A stretch of DNA of 64,000 nucleotides from Nageia nagi (lineage: Eukaryota > Plantae > Pinophyta). The stretch spans positions 99,820,001 to 99,884,000 of the forward strand of contig JBITNC010000001.1 in NCBI GenBank assembly GCA_050084985.1, in the 5' to 3' direction. Below, one piece after another: positions 26,362 through 38,450 of the stretch. Both the position numbers and the translations under genes were made by a program. The notes under the pieces were generated by a model. That model searched no databases. It had not been told where the DNA came from and was given only the letters and a program-made list of their open reading frames with translations. Position 1 is the first letter of the stretch, and every line of letters begins with the position of its first letter.

Positions 26362-27011
26362 AACATTGACATATTTCTATTTTTATGGTTGTGTGATGGA
26401 TATATAGACTTGATGCAATGCATTAGAGATGCCTTATTTCAATCAATGTCAATGGAGAGTTGCCCACAAGCCATGGTTTGATAATGGTCTTATCTAATAT
26501 CAGATCAATCGGGTTTTTGTAGTTAAAATTTTTGGAGTATATGGAAGATGAATAGCTCAAGGCTAATGTTTCTTAATTGCTTACAAGTATCAAGTGGATG
26601 ACCTTTATTACAATAAATGTTTAATGTAACATCTATACACATTCAATAATGTTAAATTATTTATTTCCAAAATTGTTAAAGAAATTAACTAAGATGATTT
26701 TGAGAAACAATAGAAGTTAAGAAACTTTCACTGAAGGTATACAATTCCAATGTTTTTTACTTAAATTTTCCATGATAATCTTATAAATGGACTTAAATAT
26801 ATTGAAAGGAGATATTTGTATGAAACGAAACTAAGCTTGAAATACTCATATTTTGCAGCTATGGCTTTTAACTTTTCAATTTAAATTCAGCTTGTAAAGC
26901 ATGCTCAAAGCATGTGGAGAACACACACTTCGCTTGTATTTAAATTCAAATAATTACTTATGACCTATTTTAGATAATAAAATATCCACATAAAGTTGGA
27001 ATGACAATTAC

Positions 27012-27122
27012 CTGTTGTTTGGTTAAGGGAAACGTAGCTATTTTTACAAGCACTGTGAGCATGATAATTGCAAAGCCGTATGCATATGGAACATGCAACG
27101 CTGTAAGTCCATCCTTCAAGAC
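27012..27122 (-). CDS. ALB3: ALB3 exon 2 (37 codons, includes first TM segment)
   Basis: Reverse strand reads ttttatag|GTC TTG AAG...AAA CAA CAG|gtaatt = VLKDGLTALHVPYAYGFAIIMLTVLVKIATFPLTKQQ. It continues exon 1 in phase 0. Too short for the ORF track. Confidence 0.95.
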
Positions 27123-27658
27123 CTATAAAATTAATAAAATAAGTGATTAGATCACAAAAGCTTCAACATCATTAATCAGCTTCTTGATGAGGCAACCTCA
27201 TTTGAAAATGGTCACTTTAAGAAAAATAATATAACTGGATACAACTAAGAAACCTATAAATAAGCATGACATCAATTGGTCTTTGTTCTTATGTGTTCTT
27301 ATTCCCTTAAGAATCCATGTTAACTTTTCTAAGATTCCCACTAACTTATTTGCTTTTCCTGAAAATATTGCTTGCAAAATAGTTTATACTAACATAAACC
27401 CATGCAATTCTCTCGATAAATGACTTTAATAACAATAATAAGGCATATTTGCCAAATGTTTGTCTCATGCAGAGGTGATACATGTACTTGGGTGTAGAAT
27501 GAAAGCTGTCATGTTAATGTCCAAAAATGACAAAACAAATACCAATGTCATTACCATGTTGAATATTTTACATCATTTAGTAGGTTAGTTTCTAAGGTTT
27601 TGATCCTAGTCCTATAGTTAGTACGATTTCGTATTAGTTAAAAATTAAAATTAATTTT

Positions 27659-27904
27659 TTTTCTGGTAGTCTATCCTCTCAGATTTATACCTTGGAATTA
27701 GATTTCATGTCTATGCGGTTCTCTTCCATCAAAGTCATTAGGGAGTCGCACCCGGCCACATCCACACCAACTGGAAACCATCAACTGGATTTAGCATATC
27801 AACATCATGTGAAAGGGGAGAGTTTTGAACCTGGGACCTCCTTTTTTCCACTTAAGAGTTTAAACACCCACTTAGCTCTCCAACTCCCCTCACATGATTT
27901 GATG
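27659..27904 (-). mobile_element. tRNA-derived SINE (~246 bp)
   Basis: Minus-strand A-box GAGCTAAGTGG (27878-27868) and B-box GGTTCAAAAC (27831-27822) at tRNA spacing. A-tail, and 14-bp TSD TTAAAATTAATTTT (27645-27658, 27905-27918). Absent from the sister LTR at 31240. Confidence 0.85.
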
Positions 27905-29337
27905 TTAAAATTAATTTTAGGTAGTTGATATGTGCAGAGAAGTTAAGGTATGTTAGAGATGATAGCTACATTACAAACCACTATGGCTTTCTTTGTACTA
28001 TTTAAATAAATGATATGGATACAATCATCATTGAACAGCATTTATCAATATTTGATATCAGTGCCAGCAACATCAATATTTGATATCAGTGCCAGCAACA
28101 TCAAAAATATACCATTTTCTCACTCTGAATATCTTTTAACCCATCAGCTTGTGCGTACTAGTATTCTAATTTTATCGATTCTTTATTTCCAGTTTCAAAG
28201 GTTCTTGAAAAGCATCTCCTGCTGGTGAGCCTCCATCTTGAAGAGCATGGGCAACAATCAGATCTCCACAGGCTGAGACAAGAATGGATTAAGTAGGCAA
28301 GTATGTAGTTAATGTTTTGGAGGTTGCTTTGTTCTAAAATATAATTTCATGTGTTGTTCATAATATAAAGTTCATGAAGCCGTTTCTTGAAGATTGCTTG
28401 CTCCAGCTCATGTTTGCTGCAGTGAAGCATGTCTTTATTCTTCCTGAATTTGTGTTCTCATGGTTGAAGTAAACTGTGCATGATTTGCTGCTATTTAAAG
28501 TGTCTGTATTTGACTGCTGCTGTAAATTTATTCAGGTGAGACTAACACCCAATCAAGCTGTTTCATTTTGTGCAGTGCTGGTTACAGTTATTTTCCGGTT
28601 TAGGCAGTAAAGATGTAAAAAATGCATTTGGTGAAAAAATGAAATGTTATGCTCAGTGGTTAGTTTCTTAATTCTGCCTAAGTGTTGACGGCTGATTGTC
28701 TACCAATACCCTGCAAATGTTTATGTAGGAGTTGATAAATGCTGATGCTAGTTTAGTCTTGTCCCGCATGCATTCTACCATTAGTGGATTTCTCCCTCTG
28801 AGGAACACGAGGATTTCTGAGACTTAGAAGTTGTTTTTGAGAGGATGTAAACCAGTGTTGTATTGCTGTTGAGCTTCTAATTCCCTCTGCTAGTGTGGAA
28901 GTTTCCTGTTTTTTCTCAGTAATCTTTGATTCTTCTCAACAAGAATGCGCCATCTGTATCATGCTAGGTGAACTTGACCTTGAAGTGAATGTTTAGTCGC
29001 CTGGCATATGCATGTTCTCTGTTTGCTTGCTGCTTCCTTACATCAAAGACTCCCACAAGCTAAGCAAAGGAAGCCTTCACATGGATGGGTAATGTGGCTG
29101 GAAGATAACAACTAAACAAAGGAAGAGAGAACTGAAAACTAGACATTTCTTCTGCATGACTCAACAGCACTGGTAGCAGAGTAGAATTGATTGATTTTAA
29201 ATTAGCAATGATGAGATGGGTATGTCAAAGAAATTAGATGTGTGTATCTCATACACATTTTGGGAGATATTTTCTTAAGAGGAAGTGGATGTTTAGTTTT
29301 TTAGTTATATATAAAGGAAGCATAAAGATGTGATCAA

Positions 29338-29843
29338 TGTTAGAATTTGTAATGTAATATTGTGTAATATTTCTTTTTAATGTAAATTCATGTAATGCTT
29401 AAAGTATCTTTAGATACCTTAAAGCATTAACATTAAGGGAATAAAAGTAGGAAAGGGATTAAAAATAGAAAAAAGATTAAATATAGAAAGGGAGTTAAAT
29501 ATAGACATATCTTTAACCTTACCCTTGGGTTAAAGGGAGGTTAAAAAGTGGGTTTCTTCTTATAAATAAAAGAGGTATCCCACCCTCTCATATTGTACAA
29601 TTTGGATGCAAGCTTTGCTATAGGTTTAGGGTTTGGAGAGAGAGGAGAGATTCTGTAAGAGAGCTCCTTGAGAATAAGAAAATCTTAGTTAGTGGATGTA
29701 CTCCCAAGGAGAGAGGAACCATTTTATATCTTGTGTTCATTGTGAGATTGGTTTGTGTTATTGTGCTATTGTGTTGATGTTGTGAGTGTCTTCTTGAGAT
29801 CTTGGTAGATTAGAAGTTAATTCAGAAAGGGTTAATTTCATCA
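29338..29843 (+). mobile_element. Solo LTR (506 bp)
   Basis: TGTTAGAATTTG...TTTCATCA with TSD ATCAA (29333-29337, 29844-29848). Contains TATAAATA. Homologous to 51767-52264. Confidence 0.9.
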
Positions 29844-31524
29844 ATCAAGAAGGTGCGTTTTGCAACCCTATGATCAAGGAGGAGATTTATTTGGCACCTG
29901 ATTCGTGAATTTTATCACTAAACAGTTTACAAGTCGTGTTTTTCCACATGGCAAGTTAAGATTCAGTTCACTCATATAAATTGAGATTTATGGGATGCAG
30001 CTAGTGTTGATACTGTAAAGCCACAAGACGTTGATATTGCTATTAAGTGGTCTGCCAAAGATTAAAAATCAACAGCAATGAATGGACTTGATTTATCAGA
30101 TGCCTACCTGAATAGCATTGATCTGTCCTAGAATTCAAAGGAGATATGAGATACTCCCAGTACATTGTTCGGATCACAATCATCTAGTACAAATATACTA
30201 TAAACATAAGCTCTTTGGCTTAAAGATGGAACAAGGCTCTAACATGGTTCAACATATCAATAAATTCAAGTCTATTTAAAATCAATTTGTAGATATAAAT
30301 GCAACAATCAATGATAATAATGCAAAAGCAATTTTATGAAATAATATGCCTTCTAGTTTTGCCAGTGCAGTGTCAAATAAGATCAATGCAAAACTAGAGG
30401 ATATGAGATTTTTGTTGATTGAGAAAGATAATCTTGTTAAAATAAGTTATATGATTATTGAAGAAATTGCCTTGCTTGTTAAGATGAAATTGAATCTCTC
30501 TCCATCAATGCAAATTCAAGAAACAGTTTTTTTATGTGTTGTACTGATACAACGTGGGCTCACCATGATGGATTTTCAACAAAGAGCCAAAGATTTACCA
30601 GATAGATCATTTGAAGGATATCAGTAAAGACAAAAGACAAAGTGGTTCGTGCAGAGATAATTGCAGAAGATAGCAATGAAGATGGAACAGAAAATGACGA
30701 TGAAAATATATCACCCACCAGTAAAAGTGGTAATGATTTTGTCATGACTGATTATTAATTTGAAAAGTAGTGATGTGATCAGAAACTGTTAACTTTGTTT
30801 TCAATTCCTGTAACTTGCAGTGGACTGTAGTATCTATCCCTGTTCACATATCGGCTTTTTTTTGGCCAATTGTAGATTGTATACCAATTCACTAGAGGAA
30901 TTTTTGTGGACAGTTGAGTATGTCCCTTTTAAGAAATCCATACTGTAGAGTGTGTTTCTGTCCATAGATAATATTGTATTGAACTGTTGAGTGTGTCCCT
31001 CTTCACTGATGATGATGATCTTGTTCAGTAGACTAAAAAGTGTATATACCAGTCTGCCAATATTTTTCAGGTTGTGTGTGTGTCCCAGTCGACATATGAT
31101 GTTTTCAAGTGAACTGTTGAATATTTCCAGGTTCATTGGTCATAAGAGTGTTGTTGTGTCCTTTGAAGTGTAATGAATGTCCTAGTCCATATGTTTGTCC
31201 AACGCCTGTTTTTAGCTTCTGATGTAATAAAGTGGGCAACGTTGGATATATTAGATCATTTAGCTGATTAATATAGATTTAGGTTCTAGACCTGTAGTTA
31301 GGACAATTTTGTATCAGTTAAATCTTAAAAATAATATTAAGAAGTTAACATGTGTAAGGAAGTTAGAATTTGTGAAGAGATGGTCAGCATATAACCGAAC
31401 CATGTCTACTGCTTCCTTTGTACTATTTAAACAAATGATATGAATACAATCATCACTGAACAGCCTTTGTCAATATACAAAACAGTATTTCTGAAGTCTG
31501 ACAATTGCATGTCCATGTCCATGT

Positions 31525-31526
<2 letters not shown>

Positions 31527-31558
<32 letters not shown>
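31527..31558. repeat. (AT)n microsatellite
   Basis: About 16 AT units, preceded by (ATGTCC)3. Confidence 0.95.
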
Positions 31559-31561
<3 letters not shown>

Positions 31562-32346
31562 CCTAGTCACTTAAAGGAAGGCAAGGGTATCAAGTAGACT
31601 ATAATTGTATTAAGTAAAAACCATCATATCTATTAATATCATAGCAATTGTTGTTTGTGAGCAATAACAACCTCAGGAATTGGACTGAAGTTGGTGCACA
31701 TTTGATCAGCAAATCAAAACAAGGGCAGCACAACATGTCTCCATCCCATATGATTCCATGAATATAAGACTAAAGTAGATGATCAAATGCAGTATTACAT
31801 GTAAATATTAAATATGCCATATTACATGCAAATATTGAACTAAGGGTAGCAGATTTGATGGGGATTAGGACGTGTGTGATGTTCCCTTTTAGAAGACATT
31901 CTTTTTAAGGGTAGTTTTGTCGTTAGGAATATTTATTTATTAGTTGCATGTGTACTTAGGCATCATTGTAACCTGGGATAGTAGACATATGCATCCCATG
32001 GACCAATTGTGAGCCCCAAAGTGGGATGTAGCCCTGGCTAGACTTTGGCTAAGGATGCAAACCCTTAGTCATACCAGCTTTGTAGCTCAGATCCGGGCGT
32101 TAAAGGCCCTAGCAAGGTGACATCAGCATTTGGAGAGTGTATGCCCTAGATTTGATCCATTGAGCCAAACGTCAACCCTCTTGGGCCTATTTGGTTGTAT
32201 CTTGATCCATCATTGATATAATTTGAGACGTTGGCATTATTCTCTCAATTTGGCTTGTGCATTGGATAATTTGTGGCATGATTTTATTTTTTTAGCTCAT
32301 TTCCTGAATTATTGTTTGATTCGTTATTAATTTGGAATCATCACAG

Positions 32347-32358
32347 TGGTATCAGAGC
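32347..32358 (+). promoter_or_regulatory. Primer binding site (tRNA-iMet)
   Basis: TGGTATCAGAGC 1 bp after the LTR end CATCACA. Confidence 0.9.
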
Positions 32359-32627
32359 TTGATCCTACCATCCTATGAAGATTGAAGGAAGCAAGACATT
32401 CAGATCAGCAATCAGTATGGAGAAGATTGAGGCTACAATACAGGTGATGCGGAAATACTCAAGGAGTAGGTCCATTAGGACGTTTTGCAAGGAGCATGTG
32501 ATTTGCAAGGGGAAAAGGGTTGTGCACCAAGCATTTCTGGTCAATCACCACAACGTCCGCCTCCACCACCATGGCCGCATGACACTTTGGATCAGATCTA
32601 CCAAAGGAATCCTAAAACATTCAAAAG

Positions 32628-33700
32628 TGTAATACCCTTTTTACAAATATTCTATTTATGTACGTATTTGTCAGGATAGAGTTCGCCACAGGTTGTCCAT
32701 ATCGTGGCCACCCATGGAAATCTAGAAACATCTCCATATTGACCGCTTGAGATGTGACGTCCCACTCCTTGAGATAGGAGTTAATTATTGATTATATTTA
32801 GGTGTGAGCTTAGAAATTAATAATAGATTTAGTATGTTTTATGGGGGCCACTTGTATGAATTGTAATACATGATTCCAAGGCAATTAATAATTGTAAATG
32901 CAATATTAGTCTCCAATAATGAGGCGTTGCATATCTAGCCATTGGATCTTGTAATTCTTGGCATCCCTAGGCTATCATTGGACTTGGGGGTTAGAGTGAT
33001 GACTTCTAAGTGAGATCCGGACAGAGCAAATGTATAAATAAACATTGGAGCCTTATTACTGGATATACATTGATTATTATTACTTCTACATAGTCCAGAG
33101 GACAACAAGTCTTAGCGGTGCTAAGCAACCTTTCCTAGGCGCAGCGTCTAGAGGGCATTCAAGCTGAGGGATCCTGTCTATCTACGGCACTGGTGTAGCA
33201 CCTTTGCCCATCTAATGGTATTTTGAGGTATTGCTTCTACCTTCGATGGTTATCCAGAATCTGAGGAGGGCCCCTTCAATGGGGAGGATTCTTATTATGA
33301 GGAGGCGTATTGTCCCATGGTTCCAAAGTATTTGCAGAGTGAGAGCAAACATTGTGTTGTGCCCTAGTTGGCTCCTAAGAGGCCAACATCAACCCTTCTG
33401 GGCTTGGTATTGTATTCATTGAGCATTGAGCATTATATATATTGCCAAGGGCATTGGATCTCATCATTTGTATTGTCTATGTCATTCTTGTGCAAGCGTT
33501 GGATTACTATAGTCGTGTATACTTGTATTGGCCAAACGTTGGCATTATTGTATAGTTAATGCTTGTCTTTGATGTCCTAGCTCCAACGTTGGCTTTGTAG
33601 TGTTGTTTATGCAATTTTTGAATGCCCTAGATCAGATGTTAGGTTTGGATTATTATAATGTGCTAATTTGTGCTTGAGATTGCATTTTTGGATCATCACA
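32628..33700 (+). mobile_element. Solo LTR (1,073 bp) in chromovirus gag
   Basis: TGTAATACCC...GGATCATCACA with TSD AAAAG (32623-32627, 33701-33705). Confidence 0.92.
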
Positions 33701-33705
33701 AAAAG

Positions 33706-34349
33706 AGAGGTCAGCTCTTAGGATAACTGAAAGATCTTAAGCCAGAAGACCCCGAAGCCACACAAAGCGCATGGAGAGATTAAGGGTTTGGACAAAATCC
33801 CTAAATTCAGCAAAGAAGGCAAGCCAACGGCTAGGGTTTGGATGCATAAATTGAGGACCTTCTTTGCCCTCAATCGAATAACAGAAGAGGACTCCGTCCA
33901 TATCGCCATCATGCATTTGGAAGGGGTAGCGCATGAATGGTGGCACCATGGAGAGGATACCTAGGATCATAGCTTCATTTCCATTTTTGACGAGTTCAGT
34001 CAACGAATCCTGGATCATTTTCATCTAAGGGATGAGGGAAAATACTTCATGGATCTGGTAGTTGTTAAGAAATGGGAGGAATTGATTCATACATCCTGGA
34101 GTTTCAGAAAAAATTGACATGGTCACCCACGTTTCCCAGAAGGAGTTGATGTCTTTATTTGTGAAGGGACTAACGGAGTCATTGAGGAGTCTCACCAAGG
34201 CTTTCTCATCATTTTCACTCAATGAGTCTATCCAAAGAGCATTGTTGTTGGAGGAGGCTTCTAGGCTTAAGACATTTGCACAAGGTGATGAGAAAGAACG
34301 CCATGCACCAAGCCAAAATAGAAAACACTACAACCAGATCGGGAGTAAG
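33706..34349 (+). pseudogene. Chromovirus gag remnant
   Basis: KIPKFSKEGKPTARVWMHKLRTFF...IAIMHLEGVAHEWW...LFVKGLTESLR. Confidence 0.8.
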
Positions 34350-35453
34350 TGTGATGTCCCCCTTGCATGATTATAATTAATTGTGGAATCCAACGGATTC
34401 CTCTTGTAATATATTTTATTATTGCATTGTACTTTCATGTTGTAACTTGGGATAGAAGAGTTAATGGGTCAATGGACCCCACTATGAGCCCCAAGTGGAA
34501 TGTCTCCCTCCCAAGCATAGAATACGTGTTTTATTATACTTGGAGATCCCGATCTTGATCCCAGGTCTGTTTTACACTTAAGTGGATGGATGAGCACTTG
34601 CATACATGCGCCAACCTTGGGGAGACTCCTAGACCCCCACGTTGGCCCATTACGACACCTAGACCCCAAGCATCGTTCCTAGACCCACGTTGGGCATGTG
34701 TGACCCCTAGGCACCCACATTGGGAATTCTGGGCCCCTAGGAGGCTAATGTTGGGATTAAGGAGTCGGGTGATGACTCCAAGGTGAGATCCAGATAGATT
34801 TGAGTGTATAAAAAGGCATTGGAGCCTCATTGTTGGATATACCTAATTATTATTATACTTCATATCGTCTAGAGGACAACAAGACTTAGCAGTACTAAGC
34901 AATCCCCTAGGTGCAGCATCTAGGAGGGTTATTAGGCTGCAGCATTGGTGTAGCACCCTTGCCCATCCGATGGTATTTCGACTTTGAGCTTCTGCCATTC
35001 AGTTGGCCGCTAGGATCAAAGGAGGGCTCCTTCGGTGGAGAGGATTCAGGTTCTGAGGGAGCAAGGTTGTCCCATGGTTCTACTTGTCCGTCCAGCATTG
35101 AGGATACACGACTTGCCCTAGTTGGCTCCCTGGAGGCCAATGTCCAACTCTAGGAGCTTGGTATTATATTGTTGTTCATTTCATATCTTCTATACAGTCG
35201 TTGGGCACTTGGATCTCATATTCGTGTTGTGCATACTTGTCTATTGGCATCGTTGGATTACTTTTGCATGTATGTGTATGTACAAGCTAGACGTTGGCAT
35301 TTGTATGTTAATTAAACTTGTATCTGGTGCCCTAACCCTAACGTTGGCATATTGAGGGTTTGTATGCTTGTAATTGCTCTTCTAGACCAGACATTGGGTG
35401 CATACTTGTGTTTTGGGTTTAATTGCACTTGAGTTGTGTTTTGGATCCTTATA
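34350..35453 (+). mobile_element. Solo LTR (1,104 bp) at the end of chromovirus gag
   Basis: TGTGATGTCCC start, mutated end GGATCCTTATA, TSD GTAAG (34345-34349, 35454-35458). Core homologous to 32628-33700. Confidence 0.85.
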
Positions 35454-35545
35454 GTAAGCGGGTAGAATAGCCAGATCCGAAGGGCACACTGTTGTAGTAG
35501 AAAAAGAGGGGTGAAAGGAAAATTTCTCTGAAAGGGAGAACAACT

Positions 35546-38450
35546 GTGGGAAGGATGGAAGTGCTTCCGCAATTAGTGTTTGCACACAAAATGGAGAAAA
35601 TCATTAGGAGAGGAGACATTGTTTGGGGAGCAACCTTTCTCATGAAAAAAGGCAAGCCAATGTCCATAAGCCAAGAAGAAACTACACCCAACGAAGAGAT
35701 CCAAGATATTCTAGAAAAACTCAAGGATGTCTTTGGGGATATGCTTGAAGGGCTACCACCAAAAAGGGGATTTGAGCACATCATCGAGTTGGAGCCAGGA
35801 TCGAAGCCAGTCATGTTCACTCCATACAGACACCCACGCATCTACAAAGATGAAATTGAGCAGACCATCAAGGAATTGCTTGTTATGGGCTTCATACAAC
35901 CTAGTTCCAGTCCTTTTGCTTCTTCAATTGTCATGGTGAAGAAGGATGGGACCATGAGGATGTGCATTGATTATAGGGTGCTCAATAAGAAGATAATCAA
36001 AACTAGGTATCCTATCCCACAGGTGAACGATCTCATTGATGAGCTCCATGGAGCTAAATACTTCTCTAAAATAGATCTAAATTCGGGTATCACCAGATCC
36101 GCATGAGGGAAGAAGACATCCATAAGATAGCTTTCAAATGTCACTTTGAGCATTTTGAATTCTTGGTTATGCCATTTGGATTAACCAACGCTCCAGCTAC
36201 TTTCCAGTCCATCATGAATCAAGTTTTCAGGGAGCAATTGAGGAAGTATGTGCTAGTGTTCTTTGATGACATCCTCATTTATAGCCAAACGTGGAAGGAA
36301 CACTTGAAACACTTGGATTCAATGTTGGGGATCTTGCAGCAGCAGAAGTTCTATGCCAAGAAGTCAAAGTGTGACTTCGGGGTGACTGAAGTTTTGTACT
36401 TAGAATACATTATCAGCCAGGAGGGAGTTCAATTGGATGAGCAGAAGATCCACACCATCTAGGAATGGCTAGTTCCCACCACACTCATGCACTTAAGGGG
36501 ATTTTTGGGCTTGTGCAACTACTATCAGAAATTCATCCGAAGTTTTTCACACTTAGCAACACCCTTGATGCAGCTGACCAAGAAGGATGCATTTGGTAGG
36601 AGCAATGAGGCTCAAAGAGAGTTTGAGGTGCTTAAAAGGGTAATATGCACATGTCCTTGTTTGGCAATTCCTGACTTCTCTTTCCCATTTACTATTGTAT
36701 GTGATGCGTCCAAGTATAGGGTAGGGTTGTACTCATGCAAAAGGGGAAGCCAATTGCCTTTGAAAGTAGAAAGCTCACCCCTACAGAACAAATTCTCAAT
36801 GTGTACAATAGGAAAATGTTGGCCATAGTGCATGCATTGGCAAGATTCAAGCAATATTTGGTATGTGAATAGTTTGTGGTCAAAATTGATCACAACAACT
36901 TGAAATATTTCCTTGAGCAATCAGATCTCAATGAAAAGCAGCAGAAATGGTAAGTAAATTTCAGTCTTAAGATTTTGAGATTGAATATATCAAGGGTAAG
37001 AAAAACATAGCGGTTGATGCACTCTCACGCAACCCTTCCTTCTACTCTCTTTCTAATATTACTGCTGATTGGAAAATGTTGATTATAGCTGAATGTGCCA
37101 AGGATACATTTGCTACTAACATCCTTGAAGGACACTTGAAGGATGACAAGTTTAGAGTAAGAGTAGGGCTGATCCTATACAAAAACAGGATTTATCTTGT
37201 GCCAGGATCGAAGATGAAGGAGAAGATCATAGCCGCCATTCATGATATGCCGATAGCAAGACACCCCAGCATAGTCAAAACATACAGGGTCGTGAGGGAG
37301 AGATTTGCATGGAAGGGACTCAATGAGGACATTTTTAGGCACATAAAGTAGCATGCTAAATGCCAGGAGAATAAAATAGAGAATGTACACCCTCCAAGAC
37401 TGTTGCAGCCATTGTCGATCCCTACACATAAATGGGAGAGCATCTCCATGGATTTTATTACAGGATTGCCCAAGATGCAACGAAAGGACTGCATCTTTGT
37501 TGTAGTGGATCGTTTGACAAAATATACTCACTTCTTTGCCATCACCATCACCTACATAGTCGTGCAAATGGTTGAATTGTTTTTCAAGGTGGTGTTTAGA
37601 TTGCATGGGTTGCCAAAACAAATTGTAAATGACAGGGACAACAAATTTATGAGCGTGTTTTGGCAAGAACTCTTCAGATTGAGTGGGACAAACTTGGCAC
37701 ACAGCATCGGTTATCATCCTTAGATAGATGGACATACAAAAATAGTGAACAAATGGTTGGAAGGCTACTTGAGATAGTATATTATAGGATAGCAACAAGC
37801 ATGGATCAAATGGCTACACCTAGGGCAGTATTGCTACAACACCACTCATCATCTTTCCATACAAATGACACCCTTCATGGCGTTGTATGGATATGAAAGC
37901 ACCAAAGGCCAAAGAGTTTTTGTAGAACAGTTAGGACATCATGAGAACACTCAAAGAAAACCTTCAGCTTAACCAGAACCGTTAGAAAAAGTTTGTTGAC
38001 CAAAACTGGATCGAACGCACATTCGAAGAAGGTGATATGGTGTATTTGAGGTTGCAACCCTATAAGCAATCCACTCTCAAGAGGAAGGGGGCAGAAAAAC
38101 TTCAACCAAGGTTTTTGGACCTTACAAAGTGTTGCGTAAGAAAGGGAAAGAGGCTTATGAGTTAGAGCTACCCCATGGTAGCAAGATACATAAAATCTTC
38201 CATGTGTCATGTTTAAAAAAGGCACTTGGATGGCACGTAAGTCCTTCATTAGACCTACCACCACTCGATGAAGAGGGAAGACTAACCTTGGTCCATGAGC
38301 GCATCTTGGATACTAGAGAGAAGAAGCTAAGATCTCGGATGGTTAAGGAGCACTTGGTAAAATAGAAGGACCTACCTAAAGAAGATGCCATGTGGGAAGG
38401 GTCAAAGATACTTACACATCCGGCTTTGCATTTTTTGGGGTCAAGCAATT
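35546..38450 (+). pseudogene. pol: pol pseudogene: RT, RNase H, integrase, chromodomain
   Basis: [86 protein letters not shown]...WE. Many stops and frameshifts. Protease not seen. Confidence 0.93.

Larger units (their letters stand above)
1..27011 (-). other. ALB3: ALB3 intron 2 (partial, >27 kb)
   Basis: GT donor at 27011. The expected exon 3 (VESTLAMQNLQPK-like) was not found by eye in 1-27011. Confidence 0.65.
27557..31500 (+). mobile_element. Internally deleted Ty1/copia element with two diverged LTRs
   Basis: LTR copies start at 27557 and 31240 and share CTTTGTACTATTTAAA.AAATGATATG.ATACAATCATCA.TGAACAGC. PPT-like AATAAAGTGGG precedes 31240. Copia Gag (UBN2-type) remnant KLFGLKMEQGSNMVQHINKFKSI...NAKAIL*NNMPSSF at ~30205-30360. 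No pol seen. Confidence 0.75.

Noticed and set aside
32628-35453. One intact nested element bounded by two LTRs
   Set aside because: Each LTR has its own TSD pair, the LTRs differ substantially, and the sequence between them is host-element gag.
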